This document shows, one piece after another, positions 38,345-47,675 of a DNA stretch of 64,000 nucleotides (positions within the stretch are counted from its first letter, which is position 1; each line of letters starts with the position of its first letter). This DNA is from an uncultured Gammaproteobacteria bacterium. Lineage in GTDB: Bacteria > Patescibacteriota > Patescibacteriia > Patescibacteriales > UBA12465. Under the pieces are notes generated by a model. The model worked only from the letters and a program-made list of their open reading frames with translations. It searched no databases and was not told where the DNA came from. Position numbers and translations under genes: made by a program. Location: positions 8,813 to 72,812 of the forward strand of contig CAYSZD010000005.1 in NCBI GenBank assembly GCA_964435515.1. Reading direction: 5' to 3'.

Positions 38345-40135
38345 ATGGAAAAAATTGATGACAACCAGATCAAGAAAGATGAAAAACCCAGTTTGAGCTG
38401 GGGTGTTTTCTGGCGCTCCTTATTTAAACTACTAAAACCATTCCACTTTTTAATGTTGCGTATTGTAATATTAATTGTTTTTATTTCTGCCCTGGATTTA
38501 GCTAAGCCCTATATTTTGAAATTAGTGATTGATGCGCTGACGGATTTTCAAAATATTGATTTAAATTTTTTGCTGTGGTTGATTGTTTTATATTTAGGCT
38601 CTGATCAGGTGCGTTCTATTTTGCAGTATTTTATTGACCGCTTTATTCTGCGTTTTTTAGTCAAAATAGAATATTATTTAGGCATGAAAGCTCAGGCTAA
38701 ATTATTAGAGTTAAGTTTGGGTTATCATGAAAGAGAAAATACGGGCTCTAAGATAGTAAAAATTGAACGTGGTATTGATCGTATATCTACTCTTGGTCAG
38801 AGTATTTTTTGGGAAGTATTACCCACCATTATTCAATTTGTCTTTACTGTGGCTGCTTTATTTTGGTCCGATTGGCGCATCGGCTTATCCTTCATATTTT
38901 TTGCGCCTTTGTTTATGTTTGTTACCTATTGGACTAATACCAAAATGTATCTTACTAGAAAAGAAATATATAGTTCTTATGAAAAAGCTTCAGGTAAGAT
39001 GGCTCAATCTATTATTAATATCAATGCGGTTCAATCATTTGCTCAAGAGAAAAAAGAATTATCAGGTTTTGATCAGTTGAAAACTGGTATTATGAATAAT
39101 GAGAATAAACAGTGGAATTGGATGATAAAGATGGGGTTGGGGAGAAATTTAATTGTTGATTTAGGCAGAGCTAGTGTTTTATTTTTAGGCGTCTATTTAG
39201 CCTATCAGGGATCTATGAGCGTCGGCACTCTTATCTTTGCCTTTACTCTAAGTGAAAAAGCCTATTCTTCTTTATATCGTTTGTCTCGTTTCTATGACCG
39301 CATGGAAGAAGGTAGGGAGGGTGTTAGTCGTCTATTAACTCTTTTTTCAGCTCAGAGTGATATAGTGGAAAGTGAGAATGCTCAAGGTCCTACAACTTTA
39401 AATGGTGAGGTAGAATTTAAAAATGTATCGTTTCGCTATCAGCAATCTGATTATCGTGCTTTACATGAAGTTTCATTTAAAGTGCCAGCTTTTAGCCGCG
39501 TGGCCTTAGTTGGTCCTTCTGGTGGAGGGAAAACTACTATTGCTCGTTTAATCTATCGTCATTATGATCCTCAAAAAGGACAAGTTTTAATTGATGGACA
39601 AGATATAAAAAACTTTAAATTGTCTGAATATCGTCATTTTTTAGCTATTGTTCCTCAGGAGGTGGAAATATTTGACGTGAGCGTGGCTGAAAATATTGCC
39701 TATGCTAGACCAGAAGCTAGTCAGACGGAAATTGAAGCGGCGGCTAAAATTGCTAATGCAGAGGAATTTATTGCTAAATTAGAAAAAGGTTATGATACTT
39801 TAGTTGGAGAAAGGGGTATAAAACTATCGGGTGGACAAAGACAAAGATTGGGTATTGCTCGAGCAGTGTTAGCCAATCCTAAAATATTAATTTTTGATGA
39901 AGCTACTTCTAATCTAGATAGTGAGAGTGAGCGTTTAATTCAAGATGCATTAGAACGTTTGGCTAAGCAAAGAACACTTATTATTATCGCTCATCGTTTA
40001 AGCACAGTCAGGAAGGCTGATAAGATTTTAGTGCTCAAAAATGGTAGATTAGTAGAAGAGGGCAATCATGAAGAGCTGGCTAAATTAGAGAAAGGTATTT
40101 ATGCTAAGCTTTTGGGTTTACAAAAAATAGATTAA
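38345..40135 (+). CDS. ABC transporter, fused permease/ATPase (MsbA-like exporter)
   Basis: Six-TM N-terminal domain, Walker A GPSGGGKTT, signature LSGGQRQR, Walker B ILIFDEATS. Confidence 0.85.
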   Translation: MEKIDDNQIKKDEKPSLSWGVFWRSLFKLLKPFHFLMLRIVILIVFISALDLAKPYILKLVIDALTDFQNIDLNFLLWLIVLYLGSDQVRSILQYFIDRFILRFLVKIEYYLGMKAQAKLLELSLGYHERENTGSKIVKIERGIDRISTLGQSIFWEVLPTIIQFVFTVAALFWSDWRIGLSFIFFAPLFMFVTYWTNTKMYLTRKEIYSSYEKASGKMAQSIININAVQSFAQEKKELSGFDQLKTGIMNNENKQWNWMIKMGLGRNLIVDLGRASVLFLGVYLAYQGSMSVGTLIFAFTLSEKAYSSLYRLSRFYDRMEEGREGVSRLLTLFSAQSDIVESENAQGPTTLNGEVEFKNVSFRYQQSDYRALHEVSFKVPAFSRVALVGPSGGGKTTIARLIYRHYDPQKGQVLIDGQDIKNFKLSEYRHFLAIVPQEVEIFDVSVAENIAYARPEASQTEIEAAAKIANAEEFIAKLEKGYDTLVGERGIKLSGGQRQRLGIARAVLANPKILIFDEATSNLDSESERLIQDALERLAKQRTLIIIAHRLSTVRKADKILVLKNGRLVEEGNHEELAKLEKGIYAKLLGLQKID

Positions 40136-40191
40136 AGAGTTAGTTGTGTTTTAATTAGACTTTTATTGATTTTTTAGGCTATAATATCCTT

Positions 40192-41214
40192 ATGTTAAAT
40201 ATAGAAGAAAATATTAATCTGGCCTTATATGCAACGCTAAAAATTCCGGCTTTAGCTCGGTATTTTGTTGTTATTAAAAAAGAAGAAGAAATACAGGAGG
40301 CAATAAAACTGGCAAGCACTAAAAATTTAAATTTGTTTATTTTAGGCGGCGGTTCTAACATCCTATTTTCGCAAGATTTACAAGCATTAGTGATCAAAAA
40401 TGAATTGAAGGGTATAAGCATTGTGAAAGAGACAAAAGACAATGTATATCTACAAGCAGCTTCAGGTGAAGTTTGGAGTGCTTTAGTGCATTATGCTGTA
40501 AGTCGTAATTTAGGGGGAATAGAAAATCTTTTCTATGTTCCTGGAACAGTGGGGGCGGCTCCAGTGCAAAATATTGGTGCCTATGGAGTAGAGCTTAAAG
40601 ATGTATTTGAGAGTTTGAGAGCGATGGATTTAAAAAGCGGTGAAATAAAAGAATTTAGTTTAGAGGATTGTCATTTTGGCTATCGTGATTCCATCTTTAA
40701 AAATGAAGCCAAGGGTCGCTATTTTATTATTTCTATCACTCTTAGATTAACTAAAAAACCAGAGCTAAAATTAGATTATGGCGATATAAAAGCTAAATTA
40801 GAAGAGAAAAATATTAAAGAGCCAAGTGTAAAAGAAGTAGCGGAAATTATTAGAGAGATAAGGGATGCTAAATTACCTAATCCAACCGTTTTAGCAAACG
40901 CTGGTTCATTTTTTAAAAATCCAGAAGTAACTAAAGCTTTTTTTGATAAGCTACAACTTGAATATCCAGAGATTAAATATTTTCCTGGCTCAAAGGAAGG
41001 TTTAATTAAAATTCCGGCTGGCTGGTTAATTGAGCAGGCTGGTTTTAAAGGTAAACGTTTTGGCAATGTTGCTATGTATGAAAAACAAGCTTTGATTCTA
41101 GTTAATTATGGTGGTGCTAGTGCTAAAGAAGTTTTAGAACATGTAGATAGAGTACAATCTGGAGTAGAAAAAAAGTTTGGTATTAAAATAGAAGCAGAGG
41201 TAAATATTATTTAA
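40192..41214 (+). CDS. murB: UDP-N-acetylenolpyruvoylglucosamine reductase MurB
   Basis: FAD-binding domain (ILGGGSNILF) and C-terminal MurB domain; 340 aa. Confidence 0.8.
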   Translation: MLNIEENINLALYATLKIPALARYFVVIKKEEEIQEAIKLASTKNLNLFILGGGSNILFSQDLQALVIKNELKGISIVKETKDNVYLQAASGEVWSALVHYAVSRNLGGIENLFYVPGTVGAAPVQNIGAYGVELKDVFESLRAMDLKSGEIKEFSLEDCHFGYRDSIFKNEAKGRYFIISITLRLTKKPELKLDYGDIKAKLEEKNIKEPSVKEVAEIIREIRDAKLPNPTVLANAGSFFKNPEVTKAFFDKLQLEYPEIKYFPGSKEGLIKIPAGWLIEQAGFKGKRFGNVAMYEKQALILVNYGGASAKEVLEHVDRVQSGVEKKFGIKIEAEVNII

Positions 41215-41224
41215 TTACAATTTT

Positions 41225-43105
41225 ATGACATCATTTGAGTTAAGAAATAAATATTTAGAATTTTTTAAGAGTCATGGGCATACAATAATTCCTAGTGCCT
41301 CTTTGTTGCCAGAAAATGATTCTAGTCTACTATTTGTCAATTCAGGTATGTTTCCTTTGGTGCCCTATCTTTTAGGTGAGAAGCATCCGGCTGGTAATCG
41401 TTTGGTAAATAGTCAGAAGTCATTTAGAACAGAGGATATAGATGAGGTAGGAGATAGTCGCCATAATACTTTTTTTGAAATGTTGGGGAATTGGTCTTTT
41501 GGTGATTATTTTAAGGAAGAGCAATTAACTTGGTGGTTTGAATTTTTGTTTAATGAACTAGCTTTAGACCCTAAGAGAATATATCAAACTGTTTACGCTG
41601 GGAGTGTTGATGGGAAAATTGCTAAAGATCAAGAATCTGTTGATATTTTAAAACGTTTATTTAAAAAATATAAAGTTGAAGCAGAGGAGGGGCCAGCTAC
41701 TATCGGACCAGGAGCAGCAGGATCGGGCGAGGAATTAGATTTTTCTAAGCAACGTATTTTTGCTTATGTAGATAAGAATTGGTGGCAGAGAGGAGATGCT
41801 GTAGGCGAACTCGGTGGTCCTGATAGCGAAACTTTTTATGATACTGGTAAACCACATGATTTAGCTTATGGAGAGCATTGTCATCCTAATTGTGATTGTG
41901 GTCGTTTCTTGGAAATTGGTAATTCAGTATTTATGCAATACCAAAAAGACGTGTCAGCTTGGAAAGAGATGAAAAATAAGAATGTTGATTTTGGTGGTGG
42001 ATTAGAGAGAATTTTAATGGTTTTAAATAATACAGATAGTATTTTTAAAACAGATTTATTTAGAGCTGCTATTTTAAAAATTGAAGAGTTGTCGGGTAAA
42101 AAATATGAAGATAATAAGAGAGCCTTTGAAGTTATTGCTGATCATTTAAAAGCAGCTACTTTTATTATTGGTGATGAAAGAGGTGTTGGTCCAGCTAATA
42201 GCGACCAAGGTTATATTGTTCGTCGTTTACTGCGTCGAGCTATTCGTTATGGACGTCAATTAGGCATTAGGCAAGAACAATCTTTACAAGAAATTGCTAA
42301 AGTTTTTATAGCCGACTATCAATCATTCTATCCGGAATTACAAAAAAATAGTGCTTTTATTATAAAAGAAATAGATAAGGAAGAAGAAAAATTTAATCGA
42401 ACTTTAGAAAAAGGTATTATTGAATTTGAGAAATTAGCTCATCGTGATATTGATGGTTTGTCTGCTTTTAATCTTTATCAAAGTTATGGTTTTCCTTTAG
42501 AGATTACCGAAGAGTTGGCAGCTGAGAAGGGTTTAAGGGTGGACAGAGAAGCTTTTAAAACTGAGTTAAGAAAACATCAGGAACTTTCCAGAACGGCTTC
42601 GGCTGGTAAGTTTAAAGGAGGTTTAGCAGATAGTAGCGAAGCCACAACTAAACTACATACAGCTGCTCACTTATTATTGGCCGCTTTAAGAAAAGTATTA
42701 GGTGAACACGTCTCTCAAAAGGGAAGTAATATAACAGCTGAACGCTTGCGTTTTGATTTTTCGCATCCAGAAAAAATGACAATAGAGCAAATAGCGGCGG
42801 TTGAAGATTTAGTTAATGGGGCTATTAGTGCTGGCTTGGATATGGATTTTGAAGAACTTTCTTTATCTGAGGCTAAGGCTAGCGGCGCAACTGGAGTTTT
42901 TGATTCTAAGTATGGTGATAGGGTAAAGGTTTATACTGCTGGTAAAAATAATGGCGCTAGTCATAAAGATTGGGATGAAATTTTTTCTCGAGAAATATGC
43001 GGAGGGCCCCATGTCAGTAGTTTAAAAAATTTAGGACATTTTAAAATAAGCAAAGAAGAGGCCTCTTCTTCCGGTGTTAGACGAATAAAAGCAACTTTAG
43101 AATAG
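41225..43105 (+). CDS. alaS: Alanyl-tRNA synthetase, short form (catalytic, tRNA-recognition and editing domains; no C-Ala domain)
   Basis: N-terminal class II AlaRS motifs (FRTEDIDEVGDSRHNTFFEMLGNWSFGDYFK), editing-site HxxxH (HTAAHLL) and CxxxH (CGGPHV); 626 aa. Confidence 0.85.
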   Translation: MTSFELRNKYLEFFKSHGHTIIPSASLLPENDSSLLFVNSGMFPLVPYLLGEKHPAGNRLVNSQKSFRTEDIDEVGDSRHNTFFEMLGNWSFGDYFKEEQLTWWFEFLFNELALDPKRIYQTVYAGSVDGKIAKDQESVDILKRLFKKYKVEAEEGPATIGPGAAGSGEELDFSKQRIFAYVDKNWWQRGDAVGELGGPDSETFYDTGKPHDLAYGEHCHPNCDCGRFLEIGNSVFMQYQKDVSAWKEMKNKNVDFGGGLERILMVLNNTDSIFKTDLFRAAILKIEELSGKKYEDNKRAFEVIADHLKAATFIIGDERGVGPANSDQGYIVRRLLRRAIRYGRQLGIRQEQSLQEIAKVFIADYQSFYPELQKNSAFIIKEIDKEEEKFNRTLEKGIIEFEKLAHRDIDGLSAFNLYQSYGFPLEITEELAAEKGLRVDREAFKTELRKHQELSRTASAGKFKGGLADSSEATTKLHTAAHLLLAALRKVLGEHVSQKGSNITAERLRFDFSHPEKMTIEQIAAVEDLVNGAISAGLDMDFEELSLSEAKASGATGVFDSKYGDRVKVYTAGKNNGASHKDWDEIFSREICGGPHVSSLKNLGHFKISKEEASSSGVRRIKATLE

Positions 43106-43141
43106 AGGCTTATTTTACAGATATTTGATTAGCTAGTATGC

Positions 43142-43170
43142 TTGACAATTTTTCGCTGACTCTATATACT
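43142..43170 (+). promoter_or_regulatory. Strong sigma70-type promoter for the infA-rpmJ-rpsM-rpsK-rpsD-rpoA-rplQ operon
   Basis: TTGACA (43142-43147), 17-nt spacer, TATACT (43165-43170). Confidence 0.6.
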
Positions 43171-43263
43171 ATTTCCATTGAGAGTAATCATATGATTACA
43201 GTGCAATATTTCTAAAAAATTTTGATAAGACTAGTTTTTGTCTTTATCAATTTTTTTGTGTTA

Positions 43264-43521
43264 ATGTCAAAATATCAATCTAAAAATCAAGAAAGTGCTG
43301 AAACTTTAAACGCTAAGGATTTTATTGAAATCCAAGGCGAAGTGTTAGAGCTGATGCCGGCTGCTACTTTTCGTGTTAAATTAGATAGCGGTCATGAAAT
43401 CATGGCTCACTTATCTGGTAAAATGAGGATGAATAGGATTAAGCTACTTCCGGGCGATAGAGTTCGTATGCAAATGAGTCCCTACGATCTGACTAAAGGT
43501 CGGATTATATTCCGACTCTAA
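43264..43521 (+). CDS. infA: Translation initiation factor IF-1 (with about 18-aa N-terminal extension)
   Basis: IEIQGEVLELMPAATFRVKLDSGHEIMAHLSGKMR...RIIFR aligns with E. coli IF-1. ATG 43264 preferred over the TTG at 43222. Confidence 0.85.
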   Translation: MSKYQSKNQESAETLNAKDFIEIQGEVLELMPAATFRVKLDSGHEIMAHLSGKMRMNRIKLLPGDRVRMQMSPYDLTKGRIIFRL

Positions 43522-43570
43522 TTAGTTTAGTGTTTTTATATTTTTGTTGATAAAATTTTTTAAATAGTCT

Positions 43571-43684
43571 ATGAAAGTAAGAGCTAGTGCTAAAAAAATC
43601 TGTAAAGATTGTAAAATAGTTCGCCGTAAAGGGCGAGTTGTTGTAATTTGTAAAAATCCTAAGCATAAACAAAGGCAAGGATAA
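43571..43684 (+). CDS. rpmJ: Ribosomal protein L36 (not in the ORF track; found by reading the gap)
   Basis: Translates to [37 protein letters not shown] with the C-x2-C-x12-C-x4-H zinc ribbon, between infA and rpsM. Confidence 0.85.
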   Translation: MKVRASAKKICKDCKIVRRKGRVVVICKNPKHKQRQG

Positions 43685-43697
43685 TTATTTTGCTATT

Positions 43698-44087
43698 ATG
43701 GTTATAAGAATTGCGGGTGTTACCATACCCACTGACAAAAAAATTGATATAGCCCTTACCTATATTTACGGTATCGGTCTTAGTCGTGCTCAAAAGATTT
43801 TGGCTGATGTAAAAATTGATCAAGATATTAAGGCTAAGGACTTAAAAGAAGAAGAGGCTAATATTCTACGTGAACAGATTGAAAAGAAGTATCTAGTTGA
43901 AGGTGATTTGCGCCGTGAGGTTGCAGGTAATATCAAACGTCTAAAAGAAATAGCTTGTTATCGCGGTCAACGTCATAGTCGTAATTTGCCAGCAAGAGGA
44001 CAGAGAACTAAAACTAATAGTCGTACAGTTCGAGGTAATAAGCGTAATACCATGGCTAGTGGTAAAGTTAAGGCTCAGAAGACCTAA
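43698..44087 (+). CDS. rpsM: Ribosomal protein S13
   Basis: [27 protein letters not shown]..., 129 aa. Confidence 0.9.
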   Translation: MVIRIAGVTIPTDKKIDIALTYIYGIGLSRAQKILADVKIDQDIKAKDLKEEEANILREQIEKKYLVEGDLRREVAGNIKRLKEIACYRGQRHSRNLPARGQRTKTNSRTVRGNKRNTMASGKVKAQKT

Positions 44088-44123
44088 ACTTAAATATTTT
44101 GTATAGATTAAATTTATATAATT

Positions 44124-44732
44124 ATGTCTGAAGAAAAGAAATCAAATCCAGAAGAAGAAAAATCAGAGGCTAAAAGCTCTGAGCTTTTATCTAAGGGAAA
44201 CAAAAAAGAAGAAATAAAAGAAAGTGCTAAAGATGATGATAAGGATGAAGGCCTGGCTTTTTCTCTGGATAATAATGCTGACGAGGAATTACCAGATGAT
44301 ATTAAGCAAAAATTGGAAAAGAATAAACAGGCAAGAGCTAAAAAGAAATTAGTTAAAAAAAGAAAAAAAAGAACTGCTAGAGTTGTTAAAGTCGGTAGAG
44401 CTTATATCAATGCTACTTATAATAACACCATGGTAACTATTGCTGATAATAATGGTGATGTTATCTCTTGGGCTAGTGCTGGTATAGCTGGTTTTAAGGG
44501 GGCTAAGAAGGCAACTCCTTATGCAGCTCAGATTATTGCAAAAATTGCTATTCAAAAAGCTAAAGAAGAATATGGATTGCAGGAAGTAAGTGTATTTGTA
44601 TCTGGTGTTGGTACTGGTAGGGAATCTGCAATTCGTTCTCTTAATGCTAATGGTTTAGAAGTTTCATCTATTAAAGACACGACCTCTGTTCCTCATAACG
44701 GCTGTCGTCCTAAAAAACCAAGAAGGGTTTAA
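44124..44732 (+). CDS. rpsK: Ribosomal protein S11 with about 75-aa K/E-rich N-terminal extension
   Basis: Core ([36 protein letters not shown]...) through C-terminal [12 protein letters not shown]. Confidence 0.9.
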   Translation: MSEEKKSNPEEEKSEAKSSELLSKGNKKEEIKESAKDDDKDEGLAFSLDNNADEELPDDIKQKLEKNKQARAKKKLVKKRKKRTARVVKVGRAYINATYNNTMVTIADNNGDVISWASAGIAGFKGAKKATPYAAQIIAKIAIQKAKEEYGLQEVSVFVSGVGTGRESAIRSLNANGLEVSSIKDTTSVPHNGCRPKKPRRV

Positions 44733-44748
44733 TTAAGTATTAATTCAT

Positions 44749-45381
44749 ATGGGAAGAAATTTAGACAGTAAGTGTCAACAATGCCGACGAGTCGGTGAAA
44801 AACTATTTTTAAAGGGTGAGCGTTGTAATACTCCAAAGTGTGCCATGGTGAAACGTAATTATCCACCAGGTTTTCACGGACCAGTTAAAGGTAGAAGAAA
44901 ATTAAGTGATTACGGTACTCAATTAACAGAAAAGCAAAAGGCTAAGAAATATTATAACGTCATGGAAAAGCAATTTCGTTTAACCTTCGAAAAAGCTGCT
45001 CGTAAGAGTGGTGATGCTGGAAAAAACTTTTTGCGTGCTTTAGAGATGCGTTTAGATAATGTAATTTTCCGTCTTGGTTTTGCAGCTTCTCGCAATCAAG
45101 CTAGACAATTAGTGAATCATGGTCATTTTGAAGTTAATGGAGTGAAAACTGATATACCTTCATTTGTGGTAAAAGCTGGTCAAGAAATTGCAGTTCGTGC
45201 TCGTATTCGTAAAAGTCCATATTTTAAAACAATGCCTGAAAGTTTAAAAAAGGCAGAGGTTCCAGCTTGGCTTAATCTACAAGCAGCTGATTTAAAGGCC
45301 AAAGTTTTACACGAACCAGCTGATACTGATTTACCTACCAATATTAATGTTCAAATGATTATTGAATATTATTCAAAATAA
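44749..45381 (+). CDS. rpsD: Ribosomal protein S4
   Basis: N-terminal Zn-finger-like CQQCRRVGEKLFLKGERCNTPKC and S4 domain (RLDNVIFRLGFAASRNQARQLVNHGH). Confidence 0.9.
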   Translation: MGRNLDSKCQQCRRVGEKLFLKGERCNTPKCAMVKRNYPPGFHGPVKGRRKLSDYGTQLTEKQKAKKYYNVMEKQFRLTFEKAARKSGDAGKNFLRALEMRLDNVIFRLGFAASRNQARQLVNHGHFEVNGVKTDIPSFVVKAGQEIAVRARIRKSPYFKTMPESLKKAEVPAWLNLQAADLKAKVLHEPADTDLPTNINVQMIIEYYSK

Positions 45382-45393
45382 TCTGTCGCAGGG

Positions 45394-45440
45394 TACGTAG
45401 AGGAGGCTTAAATTATTATTAATTTAAGTAAAACTACGTA
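45394..45440 (+). promoter_or_regulatory. Nested hairpin element in the rpsD-rpoA intergenic region
   Basis: Outer stem tacgtag/ctacgta enclosing aggagg and an inner 9-bp palindrome cttaaatta-ttat-taatttaag. Confidence 0.3.
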
Positions 45441-45457
45441 TTAGCGGCCAATATTTT

Positions 45458-46267
45458 ATGGAAAATATCGCTTTAGCAAAAAAAGTAGAATATCAAAAAG
45501 GTGCCAATGACCATGAGGGCGTTGTAGTGGTAGAACCTTTATATCCTGGTTACGGGATGACATTGGGTAATTCATTGCGTCGCGCTCTCCTATCTTCTTT
45601 GCCAGGAGCGGCAGTAGTGGGTGTAAAAATAAAAGGAGCTAGCCATGAGTTTATGGCATTACCAAATGTTCAAGAAGATGTTTTAGAAATAATTTTAAAT
45701 ATTAAGCAATTACGTTTAAAGATTCATGGTGACGAAGAAGTTCGTCTAGAATTAAAAGTAAAGGGTAAAAAAGTTGTTACAGCGGCTGATATTAGTAAAA
45801 ATAGTGATGTTGAAATACAAAATTTAGATCTAGTAATAGCTAACTTAACTGACGATAAGGCAAGTTTAGAGGTAGAAATTGTGGCTCAACCTGGACGTGG
45901 TTATCGTATGAGTGAAGGTGCTAAGAGAGAAAATGTTGAATTAGGTTTTATTGAAATTGATTCTATTTTTTCTCCAGTTTTAGCAGTTAGTTTAAATGTT
46001 GAAAATGCTCGTGTTGGTAAAATGACGAACTGGGATAAATTATTAATTCATATTAAAACAGATGGTACTATTAGTCCAATGGAAGCTTTTAATGAAGCTA
46101 CTGATATATTAGTTCAACAGCTTTCTGCTCTTTTACCAGGAGCTCAAGCAAAAGAAGTAGAGCTTGAAATAGTAGAAGATGAACAAAAAGAAGAAGCTGA
46201 AACTTTGATTGAGGAAGAGGTAGAAGAAAAACCTAAAAAAACTAGCAAAAAGACGGCTAAAAAATAA
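45458..46267 (+). CDS. rpoA: DNA-directed RNA polymerase alpha subunit, N-terminal domain only (no alpha-CTD)
   Basis: alpha-NTD motifs (EPLYPGYGMTLGNSLRRALLSSLPGAAV). The ORF ends after an acidic/lysine tail at 269 aa and rplQ starts 20 nt later. Confidence 0.85.
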   Translation: MENIALAKKVEYQKGANDHEGVVVVEPLYPGYGMTLGNSLRRALLSSLPGAAVVGVKIKGASHEFMALPNVQEDVLEIILNIKQLRLKIHGDEEVRLELKVKGKKVVTAADISKNSDVEIQNLDLVIANLTDDKASLEVEIVAQPGRGYRMSEGAKRENVELGFIEIDSIFSPVLAVSLNVENARVGKMTNWDKLLIHIKTDGTISPMEAFNEATDILVQQLSALLPGAQAKEVELEIVEDEQKEEAETLIEEEVEEKPKKTSKKTAKK

Positions 46268-46287
46268 GCCATTCCTAATTTTAATAT

Positions 46288-46638
46288 ATGCGTCACAGAA
46301 ACACTAATAAAATTTTAGATAGAGCTAAGGCTCCACGTGAGCTTATGCTTCGTAATTTAGCTTCTAGTATTTTAATTTACGAAAAAGTTAAAACAACCAA
46401 AGCTAAAGCGCAGGCAGTTAGACCTTTAGTGGAAAAAATGATTACTTCGGCTAAGGTCGGTGATCTTAATGCTCGCCGCGGTCTGATTAAAGTTTTATTA
46501 CAAAAAAATGCCATTAAAAAATCAATGGAAGTATTAGGAAAACGTTATCAAGATCGTTCTGGTGGTTATACTAGAACTACAAAGCTTGGTGTACGTAAAG
46601 GAGATGGTGCAGAAATGGTTCAGATTGAACTTGTTTAA
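46288..46638 (+). CDS. rplQ: Ribosomal protein L17
   Basis: MRHRNTNKILDRAKAPRELMLRNLASSIL... Confidence 0.9.
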   Translation: MRHRNTNKILDRAKAPRELMLRNLASSILIYEKVKTTKAKAQAVRPLVEKMITSAKVGDLNARRGLIKVLLQKNAIKKSMEVLGKRYQDRSGGYTRTTKLGVRKGDGAEMVQIELV

Positions 46639-46655
46639 TTAGCCCTTTATTTTAT

Positions 46656-47012
46656 ATGAATAAAATCGAAAGAAAAATCCATAAAATTGATGCCAGCGAA
46701 CAAGCAATTGGTCGTTTAGCTAGTAGTATTGCTATTATCTTGCGCGGTAAGAATAAGCCTGAATTTCAACCACATTTAGATGAAGGTGATATTGTTGAAG
46801 TTATAAATATTACCAAAGTATCGTTTAGCGGTAAAAAAATGTTACAGAAGAAATATTTTAGTTATTCTGGCTATCAAAGTGGTTTAAAAACAAAAAGAAT
46901 GTCAGAGGTTTTTGAAAAGAATCCTGGTGAAGTATTACGTCATGCCGTGAAGCAGATGTTGCCACCGACTAAATTGCGAGATGCGCAAATGAAACGTTTA
47001 ATCATTAGATAA
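46656..47012 (+). CDS. rplM: Ribosomal protein L13
   Basis: IDASEQAIGRLASSIAIILRGKNKPEFQPHLDEGD... Confidence 0.85.
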   Translation: MNKIERKIHKIDASEQAIGRLASSIAIILRGKNKPEFQPHLDEGDIVEVINITKVSFSGKKMLQKKYFSYSGYQSGLKTKRMSEVFEKNPGEVLRHAVKQMLPPTKLRDAQMKRLIIR

Positions 47013-47024
47013 TTTAATTTCTCT

Positions 47025-47579
47025 ATGGAAAAGAAAACAACAACAGTAAAAGACAAAAAGCCAGCCAAGGCTCCTGTCGTTACTAAAGATTTAAAAGAAA
47101 CAAAAGATGAGTTTCAAGATATCGATGAAATGCAAGATTTTCAAGAAAGCAAGGAAAGTCGAGAGTTAAATTTAGAAACTTTTGAATTTAAGGGTGAATA
47201 TTTACAAGCAGTAGGACGTCGCAAGACTTCAGTGGCTCAAGTAAGAATGTATAAAGATGGTAAGGGTATTATTGTTATTAATGGTAAGAAAGGTTCTCAT
47301 TATTTTGTTCGTGGTGGACTTAGCACTGCTATCCAGCCACTTAAGGCAACTGGTCATGTTCGTGATTTGAATTTTTCTATTATTGTTAAAGGCGGAGGAG
47401 TTAGTGGCCAAATTGAAGCTTGTCGTCATGGTATTGCTCGTACTCTTTTGCTTTTAGATCCATTGTTAAAAGATGCTTTAAAAGTGCATGGCTTCATGAC
47501 TAGAGATCCTCGTCAGAAAGAAAGAAAGAAACCTGGTCTTAAAGGTGCTCGTAAGAGACCACAGTGGAGCAAGCGTTAA
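47025..47579 (+). CDS. rpsI: Ribosomal protein S9 with about 55-aa N-terminal extension
   Basis: GRRKTSVAQVRMYKDGKG...GGGVSGQIEACRHGIARTL...RKRPQWSKR. Confidence 0.9.
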   Translation: MEKKTTTVKDKKPAKAPVVTKDLKETKDEFQDIDEMQDFQESKESRELNLETFEFKGEYLQAVGRRKTSVAQVRMYKDGKGIIVINGKKGSHYFVRGGLSTAIQPLKATGHVRDLNFSIIVKGGGVSGQIEACRHGIARTLLLLDPLLKDALKVHGFMTRDPRQKERKKPGLKGARKRPQWSKR

Positions 47580-47600
47580 AAATATATTTATGTTATTTAT

Positions 47601-47630
47601 AAAACCCTCTATTTTAGAGGGTTTTTGTTT
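47601..47630 (+). terminator. Rho-independent terminator after rpsI
   Basis: ccctcta-ttt-tagaggg hairpin followed by tttttgtttt. Confidence 0.65.
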
Positions 47631-47675
47631 TAAGTTATTATTGTCTTTAAAAATAAACTACTATATACTAGTAAT

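Noticed and set aside
43222-43263. TTG start extending infA by 14 codons (and TTG start at 55261 for the second fusA-tuf hypothetical)
   Set aside because: In-frame ATGs at 43264 and 55282 give products matching the conserved N-termini or better RBS spacing; the extensions are hydrophobic junk.
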